Under the pieces are notes generated by a model, which saw nothing but the letters and a program-made list of their open reading frames with translations, was not told the origin of the DNA and made no database searches. Shown here piece after piece: positions 1 to 11,000 of a DNA stretch of 64,000 nt. Made by a program: the position numbers and the translations under genes. This stretch comes from Octopus sinensis (Eukaryota): contig NC_042997.1 in the NCBI RefSeq assembly GCF_006345805.1, forward strand, positions 32,116,001 through 32,180,000, written 5' to 3'. The stretch's first letter is position 1; each line of letters begins with the position of its first letter.

Positions 1-888
1 GACCAGAGACCGAGACCTTTGGAAATATTCTGTACGTGAGAAGACCAGGCAGGACAAGTGAGCCCAGCCCACTTATGAATGCCTTTCCTCCCTTGGACAC
101 AAAGACCGGTTGAGGCAAGCGAAGTCGATATAGAACCTCATCCGACGACAGACACCCATCCCAACCCCCCATGCTTGCGAAGACATGTTGGGGCAAGCGA
201 AATCGAAATCGAAATCGAAACCGAATTGAACCAGCCAGGATCCCTGCCTGGTGGTACGTAAAAAGCACTATCCGACTCGGGGCCGTGGCACGTAAAATAC
301 TCCAATGCGACCGTACGACAGGCACCCATGCCAACCCCCTTTGCTGTGAAGACATGTTGGGGCAAGCGAAATCGAAATTGAATTGAACCAGCCAGGATCC
401 CTGGTCTGGTGGTACGTAAAAAGCACTATCCGACTCGTGGCCGTGGCACGTAAAATACTCCAATGCGACCGTACGACAGGCACCCTTGCCAACCCCCTTT
501 GCTTGTGAAGACATGTTGGGGCAAGCGAAATCGAAATCGAATTGAACCAGCCAGGATCCCTGGTCTGGTGGTACGTAAAAAGCACTATCCGACTCGTGGC
601 CGATGCCAGCACCGCCTCGACTGGCTTCCGTGCCGGTGGCACATAAAATACACCAATCTGACCGTGGCCGTTGCCAGCCCCGCCTGGCACCTGTGCAGGT
701 GGCACGTAAAAAGCACCCACTACACTCACGGAGTGGTTGGCGTTAGGAAGGGCATCCAGCTGTAGAAACATTGCCAAATTAGACTGGAGCCTGGTGCAGC
801 CTTCTGGCTTCCCAGAACCCCGGTCGAACCGTCCAACCCATGCTAGCATGGAGAACGGACGTTAAACGACGATGATGATGATGATGAT
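1..888 (+). mobile_element. RTE-clade LINE 3' end (ORF2 C-terminus, tandem-repeat 3'UTR, (GAT)n tail); 5' part lies outside the window
   Basis: 2-61 translates TRDRDLWKYSVREKTRQDK*, matching the end of the RTE ORF at ~18930-18990. Then repeated modules (AATCGAATTGAACCAGCCAGG...GGTACGTAAAAAGCAC), the conserved GGTTGGCGTTAGGAAGGGCATCCAGCTGTAGAAAC block and (GAT)n to 888. Confidence 0.85.
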
Positions 889-1050
889 ATATATGCTGAA
901 TAAGTGCTATAGACAGACCATAGTTAACTTCCAGATTCGGTAATATTGTGAAACGTTGGTTCTATATCAGCGTGTGTATAAATGAATTTTTTGCGTAATG
1001 AGATAAAAAAACCAAGGCTGTATAGATATTAGAGCATTTATAGATAGAAG

Positions 1051-1102
1051 GTCTTACAGCTGTTTCTAGGATATCAATTAATAATATCCCTTCATCGGAG
1101 AC
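1051..1102 (-). ncRNA. Minimal type-I hammerhead ribozyme-like motif (Penelope-type), core variant CCGAUGA
   Basis: Reverse complement reads GTCT-CCGATGA-A-GGGATAT(loop)ATATCCT-A-GAA-ACAGCTGT-A-AGAC: stem I GTCT/AGAC, stem II, palindromic stem III, GUA cleavage triplet. Confidence 0.7.
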
Positions 1103-1371
1103 TGTGTGAGAGGAAAAATTAAGTCATAGTTAGTTTCGATGTGATACAAATAGAGAGTAAGGTGGAGGAAAAAAATAGATGTAAGATATGTATGGGTATT
1201 GAATTCGTAAATCAGTTTTATAGGCATAATGGTATATATGCAATATTCCAATATCCTATGAGTAAAGTCCAGCAGAGTTTAAAATGAGTCCATCCAGATA
1301 TAGAGTTTATAAGCAATGTAAGATTCTCTTAAAGTTGGTCATTCCCAATAGGGAATTTATATAGTGTAGCC

Positions 1372-1563
1372 TGCACAGAAAAGGTACCCACTACATTCTT
1401 GGAGTGGTTGACATTAGGAATGGCATTTAGCCATAGAAACCAAGCCAAAATCACACTGGAACCTGATACAGCTCTTTGGCTTACCAGTTCCAGTCAAGCT
1501 GTCTAACCCATGCCAGTATGGAAAATAGATGCTAAATGATGATGATGATGATGATGATGATGA
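1372..1563 (+). mobile_element. 5'-truncated, diverged RTE 3' tail copy
   Basis: Diverged GGTTGACATTAGGAATGGCATTTAGCC block and (GAT)n tail. Confidence 0.75.
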
Positions 1564-3789
1564 GCTTGTGAATAGTTGAGCATTGTATTTGACAGAGTAA
1601 CCTAAATGCTAAAGGTTAAAACGGTCTGATATCAAATAAATTAGCATTGAATCGGTGACACCAAGTATGCAGGTAGAATATTGTTATTTCACTTCTAAGT
1701 GAGCACTACTTCATGAGCTCGAGAAGGCCAAGTCAACAACCGTGTTGAATCACTATACAAACTGTTGATGGACTTTGCACTCAACCTATCTGTATGTAAA
1801 TATTATTGAGTACAGTAAGCATAATTTACAGCTGCTGTTTAAATGCTGTAGGAAAAATGTATAACTGATGTTTTGGTACTTTGCAGTATGGAGTCCAGTT
1901 ATTCGTATATGAAACTGGAAAATGTAACTGAAGCTTCACAGAATACTGGAAATCGATGACACTGCTTGATAATGGTGACTCTTGTTTTATTACCATCATG
2001 TGATGTCAAAACAAGGAGACACAAACACATGCACACATATCATAAATACATACACACAAACATACATGCATACATATATACATATATTTACACACTCACA
2101 CATACAGTGGTCTTCTTTGTTGTCTATCAAATCCATTCACAGGACTTTAATTGGCTTTGGTTGCTGAAGGTGCTGCACAGTAGGATTGAACTTGAAACCA
2201 TGCAATTGAGAAGCCAACTTCTTAACAACACACCCAGTGTGTTAGAAAAATGTGTGCATGTCTGAGTGAAAAATAAAGGAAATATTGATAGGTAACACTT
2301 TCTGAGTTAGATTAAAATAGACAAAATTTCACTTTTCCAAAAGATTTATATATAGTAGAAATTTCGGTTTTTTTAAAAAGTTTTTTAAGAAGCTGAAATA
2401 GTTTTGGTGTAATTGAATATCTACCTCAGAATATTACTCCCAACTCAATGTTAGTGAAGGAAGTGGGCATAAACTTGGATGGAATGATGCAAAATTTTAA
2501 ATGTCTAACAAGTTTAACATCTGTAAAAATGTTGACTTTTCACAGTAGAAACCTTGAAATTTATCTAACAAATATAGAATCTAGGAAAATATCTGATCAT
2601 GTATAGATATAAGACTATGAATAAATCTCAAAATATTTTATACTTTCTGTGGTAGATGTAAGTGGCCAAAATTCAACATTTCTGACAAGTCTGCATATAA
2701 CAAAAATTATGGAATTTTGAATATTCAAGAAGTTGAATTTTTTTCTTATTGAATGGAAACACATTATCTTTCTGAAAACTACTGCTGTTACATTTGGCAT
2801 AGCCATGTCAGTAATTCTGAAGCAATTTGACATTAAGCTATCCAGCTTAATGTCCAAGTTTTGATATTTTTAACAGGTAGGGTATTAATGAAAATGTTGA
2901 TTTCCACATGAAAGAAGTCGAAAATTATCTATTGTAGCAAATATAGAATCCATTAGAAAAATATCTAAACATGTTTGGATGCAAAACAATGTATAATTCT
3001 AAAGATATTTGACACTGAAAACAAAATAACAAAATACTGCTTCTGTAAATCCTCTAATCCTAATCAATTTTTGACAAAAAAAATTTAATCAAGAAAATAA
3101 TTTTTAATAAAAAAAAAGTCTTTATTTTTTTAGTTTTTAGTTTTTGTAGCATATTCTTAATCTTTGAAATTCAAATCATTGAAATGTAAAGATTGCCATT
3201 TGCTTAGTTTTTTTTTTTTTAAATGACATGAAAAAAATATAGCATTGTGTTTAAACATGCACACAGTTTTAATATGATCTGTTGAAGAATACAATCGTTA
3301 TTTTAGGCCATATGTGTTTTATATGAGTGTTTGTAACTTTTTTAGGCTTCCCAGATTTTTTATTTTCCTATTGTTTTTCTGGTGTCAAACAGAGGAAGTA
3401 AACTGCTTCTTATTCATTAAAGATATACCAATAACTTAAGAATGTGTTATTACACAGAAATTTATAAGAACAACTGTCATAGAGTAACCATTTTTAAAGC
3501 CAACTGATTGCATTTCTGTCTTTAACAACAAATGTATATAACAAGAGACTTATCAATTTGTTACTGTGTACACTAAATGGCAATTCTACTGCTTATTGCA
3601 CTATTGTTTTTCTTTTTAATGACTAGATTCACTTCAATTTCCATACGTTTTGATTATCTGATTTTATTGGTGTTATCTTTTGTTCCTTTTATATTTTGAT
3701 TTTATACACCCCAAGTAGAACTTTTGCTTACTAATTGCATGGATAAGCTCAATTAATTGAAGTTGTTATAGAACATGCAATTTCCTGGC

Positions 3790-4190
3790 ACATAGCTTGG
3801 TGGTTAGAGGTATTCACCTCATGATCATAAGTTTATGAGTTCAATACCTGCTTAGATGGCAAAAATGAGTTGTACCTGTATTTCAAAGGGCCAGCCTTGT
3901 CACATCCTGTGTTATGCTGAATCTCCTTAAGAACTTTGGTAAGGGTGTGCATAGCGGTTCGGCAAATGAGTACTGGGTTTACTAAAGAATAAGTCCCGGG
4001 GTCGAGTTGCTCGATTAAAGATGGTGCTCCAGCATGGCCGCAGTCAAATGACTGAAACAAGTAAAAGAATAAAAGAATAAAAGAATATCTGCAGAGTACT
4101 CAGCCACTTGTGTGCTAATTTCATGAGCAGGCTGTTCCATTGATCAGATCGACTGGAACCGTTATTCATCATAACCAATGTAGTGCCAGG
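3790..4190 (+). mobile_element. Decayed tRNA-derived SINE with a 3' fragment of a second SINE family nested in it
   Basis: Head GGCACATAGCTTGGTGGTTAGAG...GAGTTCAATACC. Body matches the reverse complement of the 20321-20706 family. Insert at ~3952-4086 ends in GAAACAAGTAAAAGAATAAAAGAAT, like the 61580 family. Confidence 0.6.
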
Positions 4191-4838
4191 TTTGTGGAAC
4201 ATTCTCCAAAGTGTACTTCACTTCAATCATACTGTTATTTGTTTTAGTTGTTGTTTTGTTTGTTTGCTTGTTTGTTTGTTTTTTGGGGTGTGAGTTTGGA
4301 AGATGCTGTGTCCAGAGCATTTGCAGGTCACCCTTCAAGACTGGTTAGATTGATGATGTTGAAAAAGTGAAAGTCAATTATGTAGAATGGAGAGAATTTC
4401 AAAGGGATGGCATTTGGAGGATTAAGGATTGGATTTTGTGTAGTAATTATGATGTAACCTGGCGAGGACGGACAGAATATGGATGAGGAGAAGAGAGATG
4501 GGTGTATTGGAGTGTGCAGCTCCATGCCAACCAGTCTGATGGACGTTTTGGGGTGTAGTCTAAGATGTCTATCTAAACAGTAGCACCATCCCAGATGTGA
4601 CAGCAGTTTTTCAATGTGATTTTCACTTGAGTTTTACATATTGTACACAACTGCTAGGAGCTGAGGTATATGGTGGTCTTAAAAATGTAGGCTAGTCTTC
4701 AGGATGCAGGTTTTTGCTATGCTATAGATGTAAGGTCACCAGGACATATCAGTACCTGGGAAGTCTAACATTTGTATTTTGTTTTGGGATTTGGTTTGCA
4801 AGATTCTTTATATGAGTTCGTGTGTTGAAGCATTTTCT

Positions 4839-5114
4839 GTTGTGTCTGGGGAGAGTCATTTTCTTTTTGTGCCTTATAATGTAACACACTCACCGGTAAA
4901 ATTTCCACTTATTTCTTATTTTTTTATTTTCCTAAAATTTTCATTGTGTCTTGCAACCTTTTCAATAGCCTTGACTCTCAAAACTATTGAAAAGGTTGCA
5001 AGATGCAACGAAAATTTTAGGAAAATAAAAAAAATAAGAAATAAGTGGAAATTTTACCGGTGAGCATGTTACATTATAAGGCACAAAAAGAAAATGACTC
5101 TCCCCAGACACAAC
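4839..5114. repeat. Near-perfect fold-back inverted repeat (~130-bp arms, 15-nt loop), probably a Penelope-like inverted pseudo-LTR insertion
   Basis: 4839-4968 is the reverse complement of 4984-5114 with few mismatches; loop CCTTGACTCTCAAAA. Confidence 0.9.
4984..5020 (+). ncRNA. Minimal hammerhead-like motif with U3-A8 core covariation
   Basis: CTA-TTGAAAA-G-GTTGCA-aga-TGCAAC-GAA-AATT-T-TAG: stem I CTA/TAG, core UUGAAAA in place of CUGANGA, 6-bp stem II, palindromic AAUU stem III, UUU triplet. Confidence 0.55.
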
Positions 5115-5315
5115 TAACATTTGCAGCTATTTAAAAAGTTTTGGGAGCATGTTGCTCATGACTGGTGGAAAGGTCCAACAGGGTTACTTGTTGTTTTCAT
5201 GCATGTAGTGATTGTGTCTTTGTGTTGTTTGAAGGAGATTAGATTCATAAGACATCATAAGAGGATGTATTCAAGCTTTCTGTTCATGAAGGCAGTGCAA
5301 GTCTGTCGTGAGGTA

Positions 5316-6573
5316 CGAGGGGCGTTCAATAAGTAATGCCTCTGACCCACTTGCAGTTATTTGATCTCTATAGAGTAAGTGGCAAATTACAGCACTGAAT
5401 GAATTGTGGTTTCTGATTTACAGGTGTTTGAACTGAGTCAAGTGTGAAATGGAGCCTGTTGAGTGTCGAGCAGTGATCCGGTTTTTGTATTTAAAAGGAC
5501 GCACACCACGGGAGACTTTTGATGAAATGAAAGTAACTTAGTGTGATGATGCCCCATCATATGACCTTGTAAAACGCTGGCATCGTGAATTCAAACATGG
5601 TCGGAACTCTGTGGAAACAGCTCCCAGATCTGGTCGCCCCCTTCTGCCATTGATGAGGCATCTGTCCGTCAAGTTGAGGCTGCCATTTCGGAAGATCGAC
5701 GCATAACTATTTGCCAAATAGCCCATGAGGTCAAGATTAGTACCGGGTCTGTGGAAACTATCATTCATGACCATTTGCATATGCAAAAGGTATCTGCCAG
5801 ATGGATTCCCAGGTTGCTCACGCCTTTCCAGAAGCAAGAACGCATCGAGTGCTCGAGGGTGAATTTGGAGATGTGCCAAGAAGATGAGTCAAAATTTTTC
5901 AAAAGACTGATTACACAGGATGAAACCTGGATCCATCACGATGATCCAGAGACCAAAACCCAGTCAATGCAGTGGAAGCACCGTGACTCACCCCCTCCAA
6001 AGAAGGCAAGGGTGCAGCCCTCCGCTGGCAAGGTCATGCTCACAGTCTTCTGGGACCAGGACAGAGTAGTGATGACAGATTTCCTGGCAAAGGGTACCAC
6101 AATTGCAGGAGCCTATTATGCTTCACTTTTGAGGAAATTAAGAGAAGTTATCAAAATCAAGAGGCGGGGCAAGATCAGCAAAGGCATCCTCCTCCTGCAG
6201 GACAACGCTCCAGTCCACAACTCGCTTGTCGCCAGATCAGAAGCACAGGTGTATGGCTATGAACTCCTCCCCCATCCTCCTACTTTCCTGACCTCGCACC
6301 CTCTGATTTTCACCTCTTCCCAATCATGAAGTTGTTTTTGAAAGGAAAGCGTTTCCCAGATGATGCAGCCTTGATTTCTGAAGTCGCGTTCAGGTTGGAG
6401 GACCAAGCTGGGGTCTTCTATAAAAACGGTCTCCAGAGCTGCATCAAACAATGGGAGAAATGCGTAACTCTGGGTGGTTCCTATGTAGAAAAAGACTAAT
6501 AACTGTGAACAAGTTTCGTTGCTCTACTGCTATGGGAAGTGGGTCAGGGGCATTACTTATTGAACGCCCCTCG
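5316..6573 (+). mobile_element. Full-length mariner (DD34D-type) DNA transposon, inactivated
   Basis: TIRs CGAGGGGCGTTCAATAAGTAATGCC... / ...GGCATTACTTATTGAACGCCCCTCG, TA duplications at 5314-5315 and 6574-6575, length 1258 bp. Confidence 0.95.
5449..6499 (+). pseudogene. Mariner transposase pseudogene
   Basis: MEPVECRAVIRFLYLKG start, in-frame TAG near 5538, frameshifts. Motifs SARWIPR, TQDETW, LLQDNA and a frameshifted YFPDLAPSDFHLF; ends ...WEKCVTLGGSYVEKD*. Confidence 0.9.
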
Positions 6574-6954
6574 TATTTAGATAGCATGTGGCTGGCATTA
6601 GAAAGTGGAAGTTTTGGGAGGAATGAAGAATGATGTCATCTGTATAAAAGTATGTTAGCAGAGGTGAGAGCAAGTTGGGAGTTGATATACAATAGGGAAA
6701 GTGTGGGGGATACAAAGCCAAACCTAAGGATAAATCAGAAATGACAGAATTTCAGAGATGGCTTCATACTTAAAAATTGTTATTATCAACATACAAAAGA
6801 AAATTGATTGGTAGGGACAGATTATAGATTTCTGATATATTGAGGATGTTAGTGATCAATAGTTTTTGTTGATACAGGTCATTCCAGCACAGATGGTCTG
6901 TTCAAACTTGTCCTATATTTCCAAAGGGAGCTTTACCATTTTTTTTTTTTTTAA

Positions 6955-7718
6955 CCCCTTACCCGGCAGAAACGAATATATGCGTTTTGACCGAAATCAT
7001 TTTTTTCTATCTCTGGCGAGTTAACTCGTCAAAAGATAGACTCGCCAAAATCGACAGCAAATGAGTTCCTTCGTCTATTATAAACTCTTTTTTGACATAT
7101 ACGAGTATATTCGTTCACTTTATACGTCTGGCAGTGACGATTTCTGCCACCTTTCGCTTGAGTAAGGCATTGAAGACCGAGTATGATTTAGTCACTTGGA
7201 GACAGTCGAAGGGTTGGAAGGCACATTTTATGAATAGAAGTATTCACTTTGTTTTTACGTTGTTTTTTTTTATACCTTTATATTATAACCCCATTTTTTT
7301 TGAGAATATTATAACCCCTTATTTTTGAGAATGAAAAAAATGAGCATACATGGATTGCCATGGAAAAAAAAATTCATTATTTTGTCTCTCTTTTTTGTCA
7401 TTACTAACAGTTTTGAAGTAATAAAATCAACAGAAGTAAACAATCATGTTTTGATCATTCATTCTAAATTTGGAAAATAAGATAACCAAATAAAATAACA
7501 TGATTTTTTGTAAAAGTAATATGATTTATGAAAAAAACGGGTTAACTCGTTTCTGCCCAAAGCGGTAATTTAAAATCAATATTATTGAATTAAAATTCAT
7601 AATAAATAAGGTTTGAAATATACCTCGAAATCACCATTCAAAACATAGTAAAATAAAACAATTAAAAAATATGTCTGAAAAAATACATTTATTTTCAAAA
7701 TAATTGTTGGGTAAGGGG
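6955..7718. mobile_element. Non-autonomous piggyBac-like element
   Basis: TTAA at 6951-6954 and 7719-7722, TIR CCCCTTACCC/GGGTAAGGGG, subterminal inverted GGCAGAAACGA (~6965) / TCGTTTCTGCC (~7547). Confidence 0.8.
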
Positions 7719-8296
7719 TTAAGTAAAATTCATGGTGAAGGAAGAATATGTACTGGCCCTTCCAGTATTCAGTTGAATCTATAGAATAATAATGGTTTGG
7801 GTAAAGACTAAGTGTAACTTCTTTACTTTTAATAATACATCACCCCCAAAACTGATGCAAATCTGGTACACTTGCAACATTTCTTAGCATAGAAAGTTAC
7901 CAAAAATAATACTTGAATGTAGTCTGCTAATCAAATAACTTCTTTAATTCAAAATCTTTTAAAGTTTTGTTCATGAACTAATATAAATACATAAAATAAG
8001 TACAGTTGTTGCGAATCACTTTTGGTCTATTTTTGCATGAGTTTAATGTATTCAAATATTCTCTTTCTCCTCTAGGTATTACAATGTTAAAATCTATTCT
8101 ATTTACAAGTGAGATAGGGTAGTAGACCAGCTGTGCAATTAAATAACTTGACATAACGTTTTTATTCAATGTGCACTGAAGATTTTTGCAGCCACTTTCG
8201 CTTATTGATTTTTGTTCCAAAATCTGGCCTGATGTTTTTTTTTTTTCCCAATCCTTATGATAACACTAAGTCCTCCTTCTGTCTGTCTGTCTGTGT

Positions 8297-8336
8297 GTAT
8301 GTATGTATATAAAAACATCTATAAATACATATGTAC

Positions 8337-8388
<52 letters not shown>

Positions 8389-8615
8389 ACATACACCACA
8401 CACACACACATATATATATATATATGTATATATGTATATATATATATCTATTTATGTATATATATATATATGTATGTATGTATATATATATATATGTATA
8501 TATATATATCTATATATGTGTATATATATATATGTATATATGTAATATATATGTATATATGTGTATAAATATATGTATATATGTATATATACATATATAT
8601 ATATAAATATATGTA

Positions 8616-8675
<60 letters not shown>

Positions 8676-8810
8676 CATATATACACACACACACACATAT
8701 ATATGCATATATATATACACACACACACATACATACATATATATATACATATACATATATACATACATGCATACATATATATATATATATATATGTGTGT
8801 GTATATACAC
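8297..8810. repeat. Complex (TA)/(CA)/(TG) microsatellite tract
   Basis: Visible directly; explains the YI/HI-rich ORFs in the track. Confidence 0.95.
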
Positions 8811-9477
8811 CTACTTCTCTTACCCCCTTTTCATTTTTCTGAGAACCCACTTCGACACCTTTTCTTATCCAATCTTTTATTACTTTCTTCAGACATTCTG
8901 ACTGTTACATAACCACCAGATTTTTTTTACTAGTCTTATCATTTTACACTTTTTCTACTATTTTATTTCTGTTTTCATTTTTTTTATGCCAGCTTGGGAA
9001 ATGGATGCTAAATGATGATGATAATATTTTTGCAGTTTATTTTCCATCAGTGTTTTTTTCTTTTCTTAAACACTACATTCCTCTTACTTTCTTATTCTTT
9101 TCCTCTTCATATCTGCCACATACTTTCCCCCATGCCTTCCTCTTACATACAATACAATTGCACCCACACACCATCTTCCAACAGCCCAACTCTCCTATAA
9201 CACTAGTCTTCCACACTTGAACTCCTCCACACACCAGCATGTACCACAAGAAACCACATGCACCCCATACCACAACATGCACACACACTCCACCCCTATG
9301 GTTATCTCTTTACAAGGACCTCTTCCTATATGTGCATACATCACTACATCTCTTCCTCTCTTCGTCTCTCCCTTCCATAAAACTACATTCCCATCTGGCC
9401 CCAACCTTTTTTCTTATCTATTTCAAACAACCTTTTCTTCTTTATATTTTTCCACCACCTTTAATCCTTCTTTCATT

Positions 9478-9513
9478 TTTTCTGATGAAGAACCAGCATC
9501 TGAAGCGTCAAAA
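9478..9513 (+). ncRNA. Degenerate minimal hammerhead motif at the end of a pyrimidine-rich PLE-like remnant (~8810-9560)
   Basis: TTTT-CTGATGA-AGA(accagca)TCT-GAAG-CGTC-AAAA, one substitution away from canonical GAAACGUC. Confidence 0.5.
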
Positions 9514-9574
9514 TTCTTTCTCTTCATTTTAAGCATTAAATTACTACATTTGTTAAAACTTATCACAAAGGGTT

Positions 9575-10023
9575 TTTAATCAAATATCCTGAACGCCTTA
9601 CTTCCCTGGGCATGGACACATTGAAACTCGACGTCTGGCAGCTGACTTGGCAGACACCCATAAAATTATCAACCATCGTACAAACAATAACTCTGAGCAC
9701 CTTTTCAAACTCCATCCATCTAACACCCGTGGACATATTTACAAAGTCAGAAAACAGCACAGCTCCCATGACTTCAGGAAACATTTTTTCATGCTGAGAG
9801 TTGCTGGTCGGAGCACTGCATCCTTCAAAACTTCCATGCTTTCTGAGATTCGCCAACACTACACCTGATTTTCTCCCCTCCATACACACACAAGCATGTA
9901 TCTGACTCATGCATTGTTCACTTTCCAGACATTTTTACATTACTGCATATACTCTATATGCACTTTCTGACAAGTTGTGGTGCACCTGAGCACTGTATAC
10001 AATCATTTCATTATTATTATTAT
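9575..10023 (+). mobile_element. CR1-like LINE 3' fragment with (ATT)n tail
   Basis: Translates ERLTSLGMDTLKL / LADTHKIINH...SNTRGHIYKVRKQHSSHDFRKHFFMLRVA, the typical CR1 ORF2 C-terminus (TRGH...K...RxxFF.RV). Ends TTATTATTATTAT. Confidence 0.8.
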
Positions 10024-10474
10024 ATTTACTCACTATTATTTATAGCTTTATTTTGCTTTGAGATCTGCTGTTTCAAAAACGAATTACTTCATGTTCTTTT
10101 GAAGTTTATAGTTTCTTATGATGTCAACAATGAGCAGATTGTCACACAGCTCCCCAACTCTAGTTGCTTGTTCATGTTATTTGACCTAATCTTTACAGCT
10201 GGATGCCCTTCTTAACATCAACGACTTTACAGAATGTACTGGCTGATTTCCTCATGGAACCAGCACTTAAAAAGTCGAATAGCTCTTGGTGAGACAGAAG
10301 TATAAGGACCTCATTAACCTACACTTTGCTTATTTAGCCTATCACTTTATAGTGCGCACAGTAGGTGGTAATTGCATTTTCCACAGCAAATGTAAATTTG
10401 GAGAGGCACCAATGAAGATAGGAATGTTAGAAATAGTTAATGAAGGTGGAAGCTGAAGACTTACCCTCATATTT

Positions 10475-10518
<44 letters not shown>

Positions 10519-10938
10519 CATCATCATCATCATTTAACATCTGCTTTCCATGCTAGCATGGGTTGAACGATTTGACTGAGGGCTGGTGAACCAGATGGCT
10601 GCACCAGGGTCCATTCTTGATCTGACAGAGTTTCTACAGCTGGATGCCCTTCCTAACGCCAACCACTCTGAGAGTGTAGTGGGTGCTTTTACGTGCCACC
10701 AGCATGGGGGCCAGTCAGGCGGTATTGGCAACGACCTTGCTTGAATCTTTTTACACATGCCACCGGCACAGGTGCCATTAAGGCGACGCTGGTAATGATC
10801 AGGCTCAAATGGTGCCTTTTACATGCCACCAGCACAGAAGCCAGTAAGCTGCTCTGGCAAGGATCACGCTTGGATGGTGCTCTCAGCACCCTACTAGCGC
10901 ATGGCACAAGTGCCAGTAAGGTGACGCTGGTAACGATC
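10475..10938 (-). mobile_element. RTE 3' tail copy with long (CAT)n
   Basis: Reverse complement of the conserved tail (CAGCTGGATGCCCTTCCTAACGCCAACC) plus repeat modules. Confidence 0.85.
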
Positions 10939-11000
10939 AAATATATATATATATATATATATACACATACATATATATATCGATACATACATACATATAT

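Larger units (their letters stand above)
4300..6900 (-). pseudogene. Heavily decayed non-LTR (CR1/L2/Jockey-group) reverse transcriptase remnant, interrupted by the mariner and the hairpin
   Basis: Minus-strand fragments SPTLSLLYIN and FYTDDIILH (~6620-6720) resemble the PQGSxLSPTLFxLYIND and YADD motifs. SW*PYIYSIAKT and QLCTICKTQVKITLKNCCHIWDGA (~4580-4750) resemble the post-RT region. Many stops and frameshifts; boundaries approximate. Confidence 0.6.

Noticed and set aside
1888-1958. Possible terminal exon (TTTGCAG|TA TGG... WSPVYSYMKLENVTEASQNTGNR*)
   Set aside because: Only an acceptor-like site and 23 codons; no homology or other support.
8257-8912. Many overlapping 80-130 aa ORFs rich in Y/I/H/C (also at ~12900, 15150, 18100, 60950)
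   Set aside because: Translations of TA/CA/TG microsatellites that lack stop codons; not genes.
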